Assembly: GCA_965287045.1 (NCBI GenBank)
Contig: OZ336885.1
Location: 64,108,001 to 64,172,000 of the forward strand
DNA: 64,000 bases
Direction: 5' to 3'
Source of the DNA: Carcharhinus amblyrhynchos
Taxonomy: Eukaryota
Position 1 is the first letter of the stretch. Each line of letters begins with the position of its first letter. The notes beneath the pieces were generated by a model. That model was given only the letters and a program-made list of their open reading frames with translations, did not search any database and was not told where the DNA came from. The translations under genes were made by a program, and so were the position numbers. Below are positions 40,795 to 54,872 of this stretch, in pieces.

Positions 40795-42335
40795 AGAGAG
40801 AACAACAAAGAACACAGAAAATTACAGCGCAGGAAAAGGCCCTTCGGCCCTCCAAGCCTGCACCACCCATAGCGCCCGACTTAAGTAAACCCCTATCCTT
40901 TCGGGGAAAACTACCCTATATTTCCATCCTCCTCATGTATTTGTCAAGACGCCCCTCAAAAGTTACTACCATATCCGCTTCCACAACTACCCACAAACTC
41001 CGTCCCCCTCCCCACCCCCTCCCCCGACCCCAGCAACGCGTTCCAGAAATGTAGAATTCTCTGTGTAAAAAAAAACTGCTCTGTGTATCTCCTTTAAAAC
41101 TTGCCCCCCACCTTAAGCCTGTGTCCCTTAAAAAAATGACTTTACCACGTTGAGCAAAAGCGTCTAACTATCCACTCTGTCCAGGCCTCTCATAATCTGG
41201 TTGAATTATATCAGGCCGCCCCTCAACTCTATCGTTCCAGTGGAAACAAACTGTGTTTCTCCAACGTCTTCTCACATGCAATGTCCTCTATGTTAGGGAA
41301 AATCGTGATAAATCTTTTTCTATATCCCCTCCAAAGACTCCACATCCTCCTGATAGTGTGACGACCAGAATTGAACACTATATTCCAGAAGCATCCCAAC
41401 TAAGTTTCCATACAGCTGCGACATGACTGATCAATGTTTAAACTCAGTGCTCCGGTCGATGAAGGCAAGCATGTTGCATGCCTTCTTGACTGCCTTCTCC
41501 ATCTCAATAGCCACTTTTAGTGACCTGCGTACCTGTACACCCAGATCCGTTTGCCGATCAATACTTTTAAGGCTCTGTAATGTACTCGATATTTCCTATC
41601 TGCATGAGACCTCCCAAAATACGTTTCCTCAGATCTGTCCAGATTAAGTTCCATCTATCATTTATCTGCCCAATTTTCCAACTGATCTATATCTTGCAGA
41701 ATCCACTGCTAGTCCTCATCACTATCGGCAAATCCACAGATCACTGTGTCTTCCACAAGCTTACTATTCAAATCAGTTGCATTTTCCTCATGTATCACAA
41801 ACAACAAAGGTTCCAGCACTGATTCCTGAAGAATGTCGCTTGTCACAGCTCTCCAATCAGAAATGCACCTTTCACTGCCACCCTCTGTCTTCTTTGACCG
41901 AGACAGTTTTGTACCCACTTTGCCAGCTCACCTCTGACCCCATGCAACATCACATTCTGCGCTAGCCTGTCATGAGGTACTTCTTCAAAGGCTTTATTGA
42001 GTTCCATGTCGACAACATTTACTACCCTACCCTCAGCAATCATTTTATCACTTCTTCGAAAAAATCGATCAAGTTCATGAAACACGACATCCCCTTCAAA
42101 AAACCATGTTGCCTCTCACTAATACGTCCACTAACTTCCAATTGGGAATAAATGCTGTCTCGAAGGACCCTTTGCAGTAATTTCCCTACCACTTATGAGA
42201 TGCTCACTGGCCTGTAATTTTCTGGATAATCCTTATTAAACAAAGTAATAACTTTGGATATTCTCCGATCCTCTCGGGCCTCCCCTGTAGCAAGTGAGGA
42301 TACAGAGATTTCTCTCAAGGCCCAGGCAATCTTTG
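40795..42335 (-). mobile_element. CR1 LINE ORF2 (RT and 3' end), degenerate
   Basis: Minus-strand ORFs AEGRVVNVVDMELNKAFEEVPHDRL and SDWRAVTSDILQESVLEPLLFVIH...KLVEDTVICG; tail (AAAGAAC)n-ATTACAGCGCAGGAAAAGGCCCTTCGGCCC. Confidence 0.9.
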
Positions 42336-44226
42336 GTTCTATTCTCTCTGAATGCTATATCGAACCGCCTTTTGAATCCGTTCAATGCTTTGACATCAAC
42401 TACTTTCAGTAACCATTTTTTTTATCATAATATCAATCCAACCAAGTTAATGTTTGCAAATGATGCCTTCGATTTTCATTCTCTTGCCCGCATAGCTACA
42501 TACCATCCAAGGTATAACTGATAGCCAAAAATATAAATAAAGCGGTTTCTTTGGATGAATCCAGATATCGTAACTGAATCAATATTTGCATTACATAATC
42601 AACGAACGTTAAAATTTCAAAATTTGTGCTGGAATACGTGCGTAAAAGAAGATGACCAGTGGGACTATTAATGTCACGTTGAAACATATATTTGTGGATC
42701 CAGTTTGACTTGAAACAATGTAATGTTAACGTTTTTGTAACATCTGCATTTATTGAAGATAACACAGTTAGCTCCAAAGTTATCATCTTTCATTGCTTTA
42801 CAATACTGGATATAGTGTTACATAATGCATGAATTGAAGCAGAATAACTTTGCTACTTTTATTGAGGTTCCTTACAACACAGAAATGATTGCATAAAATG
42901 CCCATGCAAACAATAATCGCGCTTTCCTTCGAATTAACATGATTAGAAAGGAAAATCATATACAGGTGAACTTTCCAGAAAACCGCACGTCCTCCATTTT
43001 GCAAAATCATTGAACATTAATAACAACTTGACCACCTCACCTGCCTCTTTGAGTTCAGTTGCCAGTTTTTTTCGCTCTGAAAACAGATGTATTATTTTGA
43101 GGTTCCGTTTTCTGTTTCAATCAGTAAATACTTGCTGCCATATTGTTTCCCTTTACATTCATCTAGCTATATGAAAATAAACTGCAGAGCACTGATTCTT
43201 TGACTCATTTTTTTTGCAACTTTTGTGTCGTTTGCCCATCCTGAAGCAAAAAAAAAGACTGAACTGCAATACACCTGTTCACAATGCCCACTCCATGAAA
43301 ATTTCAACATATTTATCTCGGCTTTTAGAAGCAATCAAGAATGCAAGTTCTCTCGTAGCAGAACGTGGAACACTTATCACACAAACAGTGTGCAGCCCAC
43401 CGAGAACTGAACTGGCCTGAACGTATTTGTAGACTTTATTCCTGCTTTGGATGTGACGAACCTTCAATTACTATGCATGTGCAATTAAGTAATGCAAAAC
43501 AAATCTGCTCTGAAAATGCCATGAATTTATGATGAAGGCACAAAACTCTGGTAAACAAAAAAATCAACATACAATTATCCCTGAAGCAAGTGTATTAGTT
43601 TTTCTGGCATTATCTTTCAGCAAACACATCATTTTCGAAATTTCGTACAAGTGTTTTTCCCCGCATGTTCTTTCTTAATGAAAACAATAGATTCTCATTA
43701 TGTTTGAAAATATTTAATGTTCAGCACGCAATGAAATTTTGTCTTTTATCTCCGTAACGATTTAAATTATGCCCTTCAATGATGTGAATGCGAATGTTTT
43801 TTTTTCTAACACTAACATAACTCATATTTTGAATCGGTCCTCTATATTGTTTGTATTAGCCAATCACATGTCTTCTAAAGTAGAGGGAATTCTTTATTTG
43901 ATATGACTCTTTTTAAAACCAGATTATGCACTTGTTCAAGGTGCGTTGACATTTAAATGTGAAGAGTTCTTTTATATTATTCTTCTATTCATTCAATGCC
44001 AGTTATTGTACAATTTTCGCTTCATGAAACGCCACAATTGTTATTCAATATTTATATGCTATAATTGCTGCTCTAGGATAAAACGATGAATGCAGTCTTC
44101 ATGGAAGTTTTTTTTTAGACTGTGTCCTGGCAAGAATTTTGATACGACTTGTATTTTGTTTCACCCATTACATAAGTTGTATTCTGTAATACGCATATTT
44201 CAAAACAATTGCAAAAAAAAAATGCA

Positions 44227-45330
44227 AATTCCAGGTCTGAAGCGATCAGGCCAGGTGATCCTGACCTGTAACAGGTGACAGATTGAAAGCTTGTCGAATC
44301 CTGGCACCTAGTCACCCCTCCAGGATGACCTCATTCTATGTCTATTTTGAGCATTAGGTCAGCGAGAGCACGCCCTTCATCTCGAAAGTCTCTGACTCAT
44401 CCTTCTGCGAGATAACCAGAGCAGACATCAGAGAAGCCTTCTTGAATGTCAACGCAGGGACAAAGACTGGTGTGGATGGGCTACGTGGTGGAGTGATCAG
44501 GCCGTGCACGGACAGGCCAGCGATGGTATTCACAGACATCTTAAACCAATCTTTAAACTCGGGCCCCGATCTATGGGGGAACAGTGTAACCAATGTGCCA
44601 ATATGCTCCCTATCTTCAAACACTGCCACGATGATGTCAAGGAATTTGACAGCTCACCCAGGTTCCCCGGTTGACATGCAGCGAAACTAACCACGAAATT
44701 GATGAGGAAGCTGCATGAAAGAAATCTAAGGCCATTACATTCTCAGGACGCAAAGGATTTTTTTTTTCATACCCGTTGCGATTTGCACCAACGTCAACAA
44801 ATGTATCATAAAACTCGTTCTCTCTGATCGCATCACAACTCCGTATGACTCCTGCTTTGTCAAAGACCGAATGAACGGCAGAGGGTCATGAATGAGGGTC
44901 CAGTCCGCCATTCAAAATAATTTTAAAAATCCCATCGCTGGCAGTGTTTACATTTCCTGCTGCCTCGAAAAAGCAACTTGCGTAATCAAGGAACCGACGC
45001 ATCTCGGGCAAACTCACATGGCCTTGTTCAATTGGGAAAATGAAACGTCTGAGGTTGCGTATCAACGGACTCAAGAACAGTTTCTTCCTTGCTGACATCA
45101 GATATGTGAGTGGACTTCTTCGCATTAAGTCCAAATTTATGTGCATCCTAGTGATGACTGTAGCACTGTATTCTACACTTTTTTCCTTCCTTTTCCTTTC
45201 CTTCGGTTTCCTTACCTTTCCATTCATTCCCTGCGGTTTCCTTTCCTATGTATGGAATATTGTGTCTGCAGTTTGTTCACTTTATGCTAGTATATGTAAC
45301 AAGAAGAAACGGAATAAAATGCATAGCGTA
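44227..45330 (+). mobile_element. Rex1/Babar-type LINE, degenerate with internal deletions
   Basis: ADIREAFLNVNAGTKTGVDGLRGGVIRPCTDRPAMVFTDILNQSL (cf. [36 protein letters not shown]), then the C-terminal IKEPTHLGQ and RINGLKNSFFLADIR; the central RT is missing. Confidence 0.75.
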
Positions 45331-45928
45331 TATATGTGTGGGTATGTTGCAATATTTATGTATATAAATTCAGCAGAAACTGCATTGATCCTCAATGTCA
45401 CCTCCCATATATTCCTGTCATGCGTTTGCCAGGCACAAATATCACTGAACGAATCATCAGTAGCTGGGCTGGAATATTCCGTGTCTTTGCAAATGAGGAT
45501 ATATATATTTTTTTTAATGGTGTGACACAGACTTGATTTTCAACCTAATTTGATTTCACTGCCGAATTTTACTTCGCATATCATTTTCTCGGCACCATCT
45601 TACTCCTTGACGAAGATACAGGCAAATGTTTATGTTACGAGGGAACAGTGCCAAAATATCTGAATTGTAACTGGTGGAATTTGTATTGAGCCAATATATC
45701 CGAAGTTGATGACGCATTTTCAGTACTATTATTGCCTAGGAAGATAAGATGTCGCTGGGACTGGTGGAACGCTTCCGAGCTGTGCCAAGCATACATTCTT
45801 GTACTATTTTCTGCTCTACTTCTATGTTCCAAAAGTTTTCACCGAACTCCTTTAAACACTCCGGCAATGTTTTAATCCAGGCTGTTCCATTACATTCATC
45901 TCTCTTGGTATCATAACTTTCTACCCTG

Positions 45929-46220
45929 AGCAGCACGGTGGCACGACAGTTAGCGCGAATTCTACACATGACCTGGAACCCGGGTTCGATTTCTGGCTTG
46001 CGTTATTGTCTGTGTGGAATTAGCACATTCACCCCTTATTTGTGTATATTTCCTCCAGCTGCTCCGGTTTCTCCCACAGTCCAAAGATGTGCAGTTTATC
46101 TGAATTGGCCACTCAATTTGTTTCCCTCAGGAAAACAGCCGCTGGAACGTGGCGACTGGTTGATGTTCACAATAACTTCATTGCAACGTGAAGATAAGCC
46201 TGCATTTGGTGGACTCATAT
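45929..46220 (+). mobile_element. SINE with HE1-like head/core and non-CR1 tail
   Basis: A-box-like GCAGCACGGTGGCAC, B-box GGTTCGATT, core TGTCTGTGTGGA...CTCCGGTTTCTCCCACAGTCCAAAGATGTGC, tail GTGGCGACT...TTCACAATAACTTCATTGCA. Confidence 0.8.
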
Positions 46221-46309
46221 ACCAGTTATGATTGTAGCACTGAAATAAACACTCTCAATTAAAAGCAAGCTTTGTATATTGCACAGGAAACAATACATTT
46301 CACTCTGTT

Positions 46310-46998
46310 GCAGGTGGAGCAGGTGGTCAGGAAGGCGAATGGGATGCTGGCCATCATAGCGAGGGGGATTGAATATAAAAGTAGGGAGGTCTTGCTGCGG
46401 CTGGAAAGGGCATTGGTGAGGCCGCAGCTGGAGTACTGTGTGCAGTTCTGTTCGCCGCACTTACGCAAGGATATTTTGGCCTTGGAGGGAGTGCAGAGGA
46501 GGTTTACTAGGCTGATGCCGGGGTTGAGGGGGTTGAGCTATGAGGAGAGGCTGAATAAATTAGGCTTGTACTCGTTAGAGTTTAGAAGAATGAGGGGAGA
46601 CCTCATTGAGACATATAAGATGATGAATGGGATGGATAGGATAGAGGGGGAGAGACTCTCCCGCTCAGAAAGGATAGTAGGACTAGGGGGCACATACTCA
46701 AGATAAAGGGGGGGGGCGGTTTAGAACGGAGTTGAGGAGGAACTTCTTCACGCAAAGGGTGGTGAATCTGTGGAATTCTCTGCCCGTTGAAGTGGTGGAG
46801 GCTACCTCGCTAAATATTTTTAAGACGCGGGTTGATGGGTTTTTGATAAGAGAGGGGATTAAGGGTTATGGGGAGAGGGCGGGAATGTGGAACTGAGCCA
46901 CGACAGATCAGCCATGATCTTATTGAATGGCGGGGCAGACTCGAAGGGCTAGATGGCCTACTCCTGCTCCTATTTCTTATGTTCTTATGTTCTTATGT
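46310..46998 (+). mobile_element. Relatively young 5'-truncated CR1 LINE (ORF2 C-terminus and 3' UTR)
   Basis: ORF 46272..46706 gives KANGMLAIIARGIEYKSREVLLRLERALVRPQLEYCVQF...RMRGDLIETYK, then RRNFFTQRVVNLWNSLP; intact 3' UTR and (TTCTTATG)n tail. Confidence 0.95.
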
Positions 46999-47193
46999 GT
47001 CAACAGTAAGTTACATCAAATGAATGCATTGTCATGTATGGCTGATAAACGCATGTTTCAAGGTCTCCGGATGAATGAAATCTTAGGACATGGCCTTTTT
47101 TAGTCCAAATGCAACTCCAGACCCACCGGATTTGTGAAGCATTTTAAACGGCCTATGAAATGGCCCGCTGGGTCATTGATGCTTAGTTGTACT

Positions 47194-49745
47194 ATCATAG
47201 AGACATCGAGATTTTATGAATGTAAACAGGCCCGTCGGCCCAACTTGTCCATGGTGCCCGTTCATAAACTCCGAAGCAACCAATTGACTACATTTGGCCC
47301 GTATCCGCTATAGCCATCTTACCCATGTAACTGTCTAAATGTTTTTATTTTAATACTAAATTGTACCCGCCTCTAGTCGTCCATCTGGGAGCTTGTTCCA
47401 GACGCTCACCACCCTCTGTGTGGAAAAGAGCATTGTCCCTCTGGACACTTGTATCTCTCCCCTCTCAACGTAAACCTATGTCCTGTAGCTTTGCACTCCC
47501 CTACCTTTGGAAAATGATTTGCATATCTAGCTGATCTATGCCCCTCATTAGTTTATAGACCTCTCTACGATCACTCCTTAGCCTTCTAAGCTGAAGAGAA
47601 AAAGGTGCCAGGCTATCTAGCCTCTCCTTATAACTCAAAGCTTCAAACCCTGGTAGCATCCAAGTTAAACTTTCTGCACTCGAAATGTTTAATAAGATCC
47701 GTTCCAGGGCGCACAGAAATGTACACAGTATTCCAAGTGTGGCCTTACCAATGTCTTGTGCAACTTAAACAATACATACTACCTTCTTTATTCAGTCCTC
47801 TGACCAAGAAACAAAGTGTGCTGAATGTCTTCCTTACGACTCTGTCCACCAGTGACTCCATTTTCAAGAACCTATGAACATATACTTGGTCTCTTTGTTC
47901 TATAACAATCCACATGCCCTTCTATTGACTAAGTAAACCGTACCCAGGTTCAATGGACCAAAATGCATCACTTCCCATTCATCTAAATTGAATGCCATCT
48001 GCCTTTCATCATTGACCCACTGGCCATATGATCAAGATTCCGTTGTAATCCGAGATAACTTTCCTCCTTGTCCACCATGCCACCAATCTTGATATCATTT
48101 GAAAAACTTACTAACCATGCTTCCTATATTCTCATCCAAATCTTTAATCTAAATGACAGAAAACAGTAGATCCAGCACTGATCTCTGAGGCACACCGCTA
48201 GTCACAAGCCTCCAGGTTGTTGAAACAACAACACTCTTCAGTAACTCTCTGGCTTCTGTCATCAAATACATGTTGTATTCATTTAGATAGCTTACACTGA
48301 ATCTTGCAACATTTAAACTTATGCAAAAGCCTACGATGCGATGCCGCGTCAAAGGCTTTGTTAACGTCCAAATAGACAATAATAACTGCGCTGTCCTCAT
48401 CTTTTTGTTACCCCTTGAAAAAATCTTACTCAAATTTGTGAGACGTATTTTTCCACTCACAAGCCCATTGTGACTGTTTCTTAGAAGTCCTCGTGTCAAT
48501 ACATGTCTGTAAATCTTGTCTCTCAAAATACCTTTCAACAACTTATCCACAACCGATGTGAGGTTCAATGCTCTTAGTTCCCGGGTTTTCCTTGCAGCCC
48601 TTTTTAAACAAAGGGACAACATTTGCCACCCTCCAGTATTCAGGCACCTCAACTGTGTCTATCGATTGTTCAAGTATCTCTGTCAGGGGACCCACAATTT
48701 CCTCCCTTGTCTATCACAATGCCCCGGGATTCAGTTCATCATGTCCCAGTGATGTAGATATTTAATGCACCTTAAGGCTTCAAGCACCACCTTACCTGTA
48801 ATATTTACAATCTTCAAGTCACCACTATTTATTTCCACAAGTTCTCTGACATCCATGTTTTTGTTTTACTCAGCAGTAAACGCTGATGAGAAATGTTAAT
48901 TTAGGACCTTACCCATATCTTGTGGATCCGGACAGAGATGACCTTGTTGTTCCTTGTTACGTTGTTGTCTTTTGTGTATTTGCAGGAGCACTATGGATTT
49001 TCCTTTGCATTATCTACCAAAACAATCTCCTGTCCCCTTTTTGCCCTCCTGATTTCTCTCGTAACTCGACATCCCCTCTACTCTTCAAGGGACTTATTTG
49101 ATCCCAACTGCCTATGCATGTCATGTATCTCCTTCCTCTTCTTGACCAGGGCCTCAATATCCCGAGTCATCCAGGGTTCCCTAATTCTGCCAGCCTTGCG
49201 TTTCACTCTAAGCGAAATCAGCTTGCCCTCAACACTGGTTAACACACCTTTCAAAAATCCCCATATACAGATGTCCCTTTGCCCTCCCACATACTCTCCC
49301 AACTAACTTTTCAACTTTCATGTCTGGTATCATCAACATTGTCCTTGCCCCAATTTAGAATTCTAACTTTTGGACCAAACTTTCATTCTCCACAACTATC
49401 TTAAAACTAATGGAATTCTGTTCACTGGTCTCAAACTAATTGCTCACTAACTCGTCTATCACCTATCCTTTCTTAGTTCCCAAGAGGAGATATTGTGTTG
49501 CCCCTCTCTAGTCTACCATTCACATGCTGAATAAGAAATTCCTCCTGAATACACTCAACGAATTTTTCTTCGTCTAAGCCTCTACTACCACGTTTGTCCC
49601 AGTAAATGTTGTGAATGTTGAATTTCCTAACTATTGCAACCCTATTCGTTCTTGGAGTTATCTATAATCTCCTTACGTATTTGCTGCTCAATTTCCCGCC
49701 GACTATTTGCGGCCCTATAATACAACACTATCAAATTCCCTCGCT
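47194..49745 (-). mobile_element. CR1 LINE ORF2, long degenerate copy (endonuclease end to 3' tail)
   Basis: Minus-strand ORFs KAGRIREPWMTRDIEALVKKRKE and LNLTSVVDKLLKGILRDKIYRH...WRLVTSGVPQRSVL; tail ATCATAGAG...AACAGGCCCGTCGGCCC. Confidence 0.9.
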
Positions 49746-52700
49746 TTCTGTCTTGCTTTTGCCTGATCTGTTTGGTACTAGAATTACTGACAATGGCTTT
49801 ACTACTTAGCGTGCTCTCTTTCTTTTAACTTCTGCGCTAACTATTTTGAAGGAAATGATACTGCCCGGTGTTTTGACATGGACGTTATAAACGTAGAAGA
49901 AACAGATGCACGCACAGTGTTGTTGATACTGCCCAGTCCTCCCCCCAAACATCTCAGCAATTCTGCATGGATCCGCACGGCTGCCCAACTGGTTATTGAA
50001 GCAACAACATTTCATTGCCATAATCAGAATCATGGCTCTGAGACAATGTTTCAGCCGTCTGAGCATGAATGAAATGTAAAGACACTCGGTGACAGCGCAA
50101 TGTAAAAAAAAGAATGTCCGGACGGGTGAATATGAGCTGTCCATTACATGACAACAGACCAAGTAGGCTAATGGCATTAGCACAAAAAAAACAGCTTGCA
50201 CAGTGAAACTCAGTTTTGTATTCCAGAATATATGCAAATGAAATTAGCAGATTAGTGCACCTTCACGTCTGGCATTGGCATTGCAATATGGAATACCATC
50301 ACGTTAAAAAAAAAACTTTCCAATTCCAAACGAGAAAAAATAACCTCAGTTTGTCACCGAAAGACAACTGATGAAATGTGTGGAGAGAAAAGTCATCCGT
50401 GAGAGGAAAAGTTTGCAAAGATATGAACAACAGAGATGTCCATGCAGTTGCATTTTTCCCGGCTTCACGGATCTTCAACAGAAATTTGCAACATAAACTA
50501 AAGCAAGGTGAACGATGTGTATGCGTCCTTATAAGTGGCTTAAAAACAAATCCAATCATATTCCACTTCCGTCACATGGGAGATGCTGAGAAAACTTTTT
50601 ATCCATTCACTGCATAGATACTCTCCATATTGAAGGGAAACATGACAATAATTTGGAGGCAGGTCAGCCTAATTCTGTTCATATGACGATGGGTTGCAGT
50701 TTATGTTGCTTCCCACTGGAGTTCAAAATGTTGAGGCTTGGTTTACTTTAATTGCATTGCATCGTGAATGTTCTTTACGAGGTGGCCGAGAGAAGAAAAA
50801 AATTCCATGAAGGATACTGGCTGTCCTTTTAAGAGAGCATGGCGACAGATATTTTATCTCTCCCAATTGTGTAAGTGAAAACTCTCATTCATAGAAAACA
50901 ATGCAACGGGTTCTGTTAATATTGACCGGGAACACTTTGGCCGATTGCTGTCGGGAGAGGAGAGCAAGCGTCTAAGTGAGAATTAGAAATTTAGCCACGA
51001 GTCACATAACCTGCCCACTAACACACTGTTGCTGCCAACGATGGACACTCAAACACTCAACAGATAGTAGTTGTTTAACGAATATAGAGTAAAGAGGTGG
51101 GCATAATGTGTGACGTGAATTAAACTACCGAATTTGCCAAGTCAATATGTGACGAAAAGTGGCAGTACAGAACTGCAACGAAGGAGGCTTCAATGGAAAT
51201 CAGTGCGACCTTCCGCATTTTGGATTTAAGCTGAGCGCAACACAATATATTTAAAACTTTTATAGCTGAAATATCCATCCATGTGACATGCATTCAGATT
51301 TGGTCGGGCTAATCCCTTGGGTTCTTATTCATCAAACTTACTCAATACATTCTCGCAAATCTCATGTCAATTTGTGTTTTCTTTTGCCAATTCTAGCACA
51401 ATGTTCAGTACGGCCCTCTATTCCTGAGATGCAGAAGCAATCTGTGACATGTAACATGTAACGTACAGTTTCAGATTTGTATCATAACAGGCAAGTCACA
51501 TTTGCATCATGTAACTGACAGGCAGTGATAATGCCCGTGAAACAACATTTTCCGATCACTGCCCAAAGTTAGGCGCATTCCATGGCTGAGTGCCGATTTA
51601 CCAATTTCATGGCCGACACCGCTCATCAGAAGCTCGACTGAATCAGCTGTACAAGTGCAGTGATTGCGAATGCAGATTGGGATCTGGGGTGTTTCGTTTC
51701 CTGACTCAATGTTCCGTGCCCACAATCCATAGTGTACGTCTGAGATAAATGTTGAAAAACGTCCTTTTTGTCTGAATGAGTGAAGGTGCTGCAGCATTAC
51801 GACGTTGGGCAATTTAAATGGGGAAAGTTTGGTTTCAGTTGCAACCAAAACAGTGCAATAAGCAATGATTCTCTGCTCTTCCAAGAGACGGTAAGAAATG
51901 TCGTACCACAAATCACTGCAACAACGCATGGATGCCAATTCTAAAGCAGAAGCCGCATCAGTATGCTCTACTCCGGGTTGGAAAACTACGGAATATGCAT
52001 GCAAGAAGAATCAGTCAGATGCTCTACTCCATTCACATATCATCTGCTTTGAAAGTATATCGTTGTCCCGTCCATTTCACTCAGTCAATTGACAATCCTT
52101 CCTGCATTTCTGTACATTTCATGGAAAGATACAGATATATTGGGCTTAGAAAAAAACAAGTGTATTGTTTTTTTTAAGAGATAGAAATTTAGACGAATAA
52201 GACTGACTTTTTGTAATGTATGTCGATATCGTCTGTTTTTTTCCATCTTTTTGTTTTGAAACATGAATTTCGCGTTCGTATGGCTATGTGTAAACAGACA
52301 GTACATGTTCAGTGTGAGAGTAAAAACGGGGGAGAGGGACAGAATATCGGAACACATTTCTGGAGAAATCATATCAAAAAATAAATAATAGTCATCACAT
52401 CCTTTGGATTGAAGTCTGACACTAACAGTGACAATCATATGTCATAAGGCCTCGCTGCCCATATACCCACAACTCTGCCATTCTAAAAAAAAGACAGACT
52501 TTCGGCAAATTAAATGTAAAGTAAGTGTGTCACTCTTCTTCGGACCTTTTAAAAAAAATATAACATGTAGTGGCCCTCTGTGTGTGTTGTTTGCAACCGC
52601 ATTTCGTTTGCATCAATCACATTGGGCTGAATGAAGATGGAGGTGGGAGGGGAACAGTTCGTCCTTCCTCACAATTGCGAGCGTCCGATGTGAGTTGTAG

Positions 52701-52814
52701 CGTTTAGAGCTGGTATCGAAATTGCTGCCAAATAGGTGGAACATGAACAATGAATTCTGTCCTGTTATTATAAAGAAAAAAAGGTATCCCATTACATGAC
52801 CGACATAAACAAAA

Positions 52815-53900
52815 ATGCTGTATGATCTGTGACGTGGAATGGATTATGCAGGATAGCTGCACGTCCCCAACTTCTCAATGACAATCACGAGTGTACATCA
52901 CCTAGAAAGGAATGCTGAAATTCCTGGGAAATGTATACAAAGATTTTGGAAAGTTGTATGTGGAGCTATCTCCCATTATTTCGCACCGGCCATCATTCCA
53001 GGGGAAGCTGAATAATGATGCATTCACATCCGCATCCAAAACCGCGTTAAGGGAATGGAGCTGGAACTGGATGAACTGTGGATACTTCGGGAGGCAAATA
53101 TGATCATAGATAAAAGCTTCAGGGGTTTGGAGACTCCAAAGAATGAAAATAGATTGGTGTCAGTGAGAGAGGTAGGGGGCAAGCTATCAGTGCGGGGATT
53201 CCCTGTGGTTGTTCCCCTCAGCAACAAGTATTCTGTGTTGGATACTGTTGAGGGGGATGACCTATCAGTGGTAAGCCAGAGTGACCGGACTTGGTGCACT
53301 GAGTCCATCCCTGGGCTCAGGAGAGAAGGGAGGAGAGCAAGAAAGCAACCGTAATTGGGAACCGATTGTTAGAGGGACAGATAGGAGATTCTGCAGCAGC
53401 ACAAGAGTCTCACGGATGTTATGTTGCCTCCCGTGTGCAAGAGTCCGTGATGTCTCGGACCGAGTTTTCAAGATCATTCATGGGGAGGAGGATCAGTCGC
53501 AGATCGTGTTGCACGTTGGTATCAGCGACGTAGGTAGAAGCAAGTATGGGGATGTAACAAATAACAGGGAGGTAGCCTGGAAGCTGAAAGCCAGGACAAC
53601 TCATGGCGTCATCTCTGGTTTATCGCCTGTGTCGCGTACTAGTTAGTTAAGGAACAGGGAGAGAGTGCAGGCTAACATGTGGCTGCAGGGATGGTGTCGC
53701 AGAGAGGGCTTCATTTACTTGGATATTTGGAGCACATTCTGGGGAAAGTGGGACCTGTACAAACAGGACGGTTTGCACCTGAACCAGAGGGGCCCGACTA
53801 TCCTGGGAGGGAAATTTGCATCTGCTCTTCGGGTGAGGGTGGGGTGGAGGGGAGGTTAAACTGATTTGTCAGGGGGTTGGGAAAATGAGATGTAGTCCAA
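52815..53900 (+). mobile_element. CR1 LINE ORF1 (coiled coil and SGNH/GDSL esterase domain), frameshifted
   Basis: ELELDELWILREA, VPLSNKYSVLDTVEG, IVRGTDRRFC...CCLPCARVRDVSDRV...IVLHVGISDVG, WCRREGF...DGLHLNQRG are the esterase blocks typical of CR1 ORF1. Confidence 0.88.
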
Positions 53901-53914
53901 AAAAAACAATGTTG

Positions 53915-54525
53915 AGGGTCGCGTTTATTCGCAGGGGGTTTGATTTTAAGAGCCATGGGATTATGCTGCAACTATACCGGACATTGGTGAGGCCACATTT
54001 GGAATACTGTGTTCAGTTCTGTTCACCTCAATGTAACAAGGATGTGGAAGCATTAGAGAGAGTGCAGAGGAGATTCACCAGGATGCTGCCGGGTTTGGAG
54101 GGTAGGTCTTACGAAGAACGGTTGAGGGAGCTGGGGCTTTCCTCTTTGGAGCGGAGGAGGATGAGAGGCGACTTAATAGAGGTTCATAAGATGGTGAGAG
54201 GGATTGATAGAATGGATGTGCAGAGACTATTTCCTCGAGTGGATGTAACTGTTAGAAGGGGGTATAACTATAAAGTTTATAGTGGGAGATATAGGAGGGA
54301 TCCCCGAGGTAGATTCTTTACTCAGAGAATGTTTGGGATGTGGAATAGACTGCCTGTTGTGATAATGGAGTCGGACACTTGAGGAACTTTCAAGCGGTTA
54401 TTGGACAGGCACAGGGAGCGCACCAGAATTTCCGTAGGGATTAGCTTGAACTTGGGATTCGAAATAGCTCGGCACAACATCGAGGGCCGAAAGGCCTGTT
54501 CTGTGATGCAATGCTCGATGTACTA
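53915..54525 (+). mobile_element. CR1 LINE ORF2 C-terminus and 3' UTR
   Basis: ORF 53885..54382 gives MLQLYRTLVRPHLEYCVQF...RRRMRGDLIEVHKM...FFTQR; tail GGCACAACATCGAGGGCCGAAAGGCCTGTTCTG. Confidence 0.92.
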
Positions 54526-54872
54526 TCCTTGTTAAAATCCATAGACATTAACGTCATGGAATCACTTGAGTTTGCAACTTCTAAAGTTTATGCTTTTGCC
54601 ATGTTAATTTCATCGACTGTATTCCTTGCGACTAATTTCAAGAATCCTACATTCTCTCGTCCCTGCACACGAATTATGTACACATTTCACTTGAGTCATT
54701 GCAACTGCGTTATTTTTAAAGCACCGTATCTACTTATTAAACAAGTCCATCTCCTACTTCTGCAAAAAAAAACAGTGCCTTGCGTAGTTCTATCCACATT
54801 TTTTGATCAAAAAGGCGGCATCTAATATTTTAATTTCTGTGGAGAATTTCCTTCGTTATTTTCATAGCGTTC

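Noticed and set aside
45040-45525. 161-aa hydrophobic ORF resembling a membrane protein
   Set aside because: The N-terminus is the Rex1/Babar C-terminus reading through into T-rich 3' UTR and flank.
24364-50206. Scattered CACAGTG heptamers (~24364, 32481, 49913, 50198) as possible V(D)J signals
   Set aside because: No ACAAAAACC-like nonamer at 12/23 spacing and no Ig/TCR segments.
51507-52004. 165-aa minus-strand ORF
   Set aside because: No domain or splice support recognised; length is within chance expectation for six frames of 64 kb.
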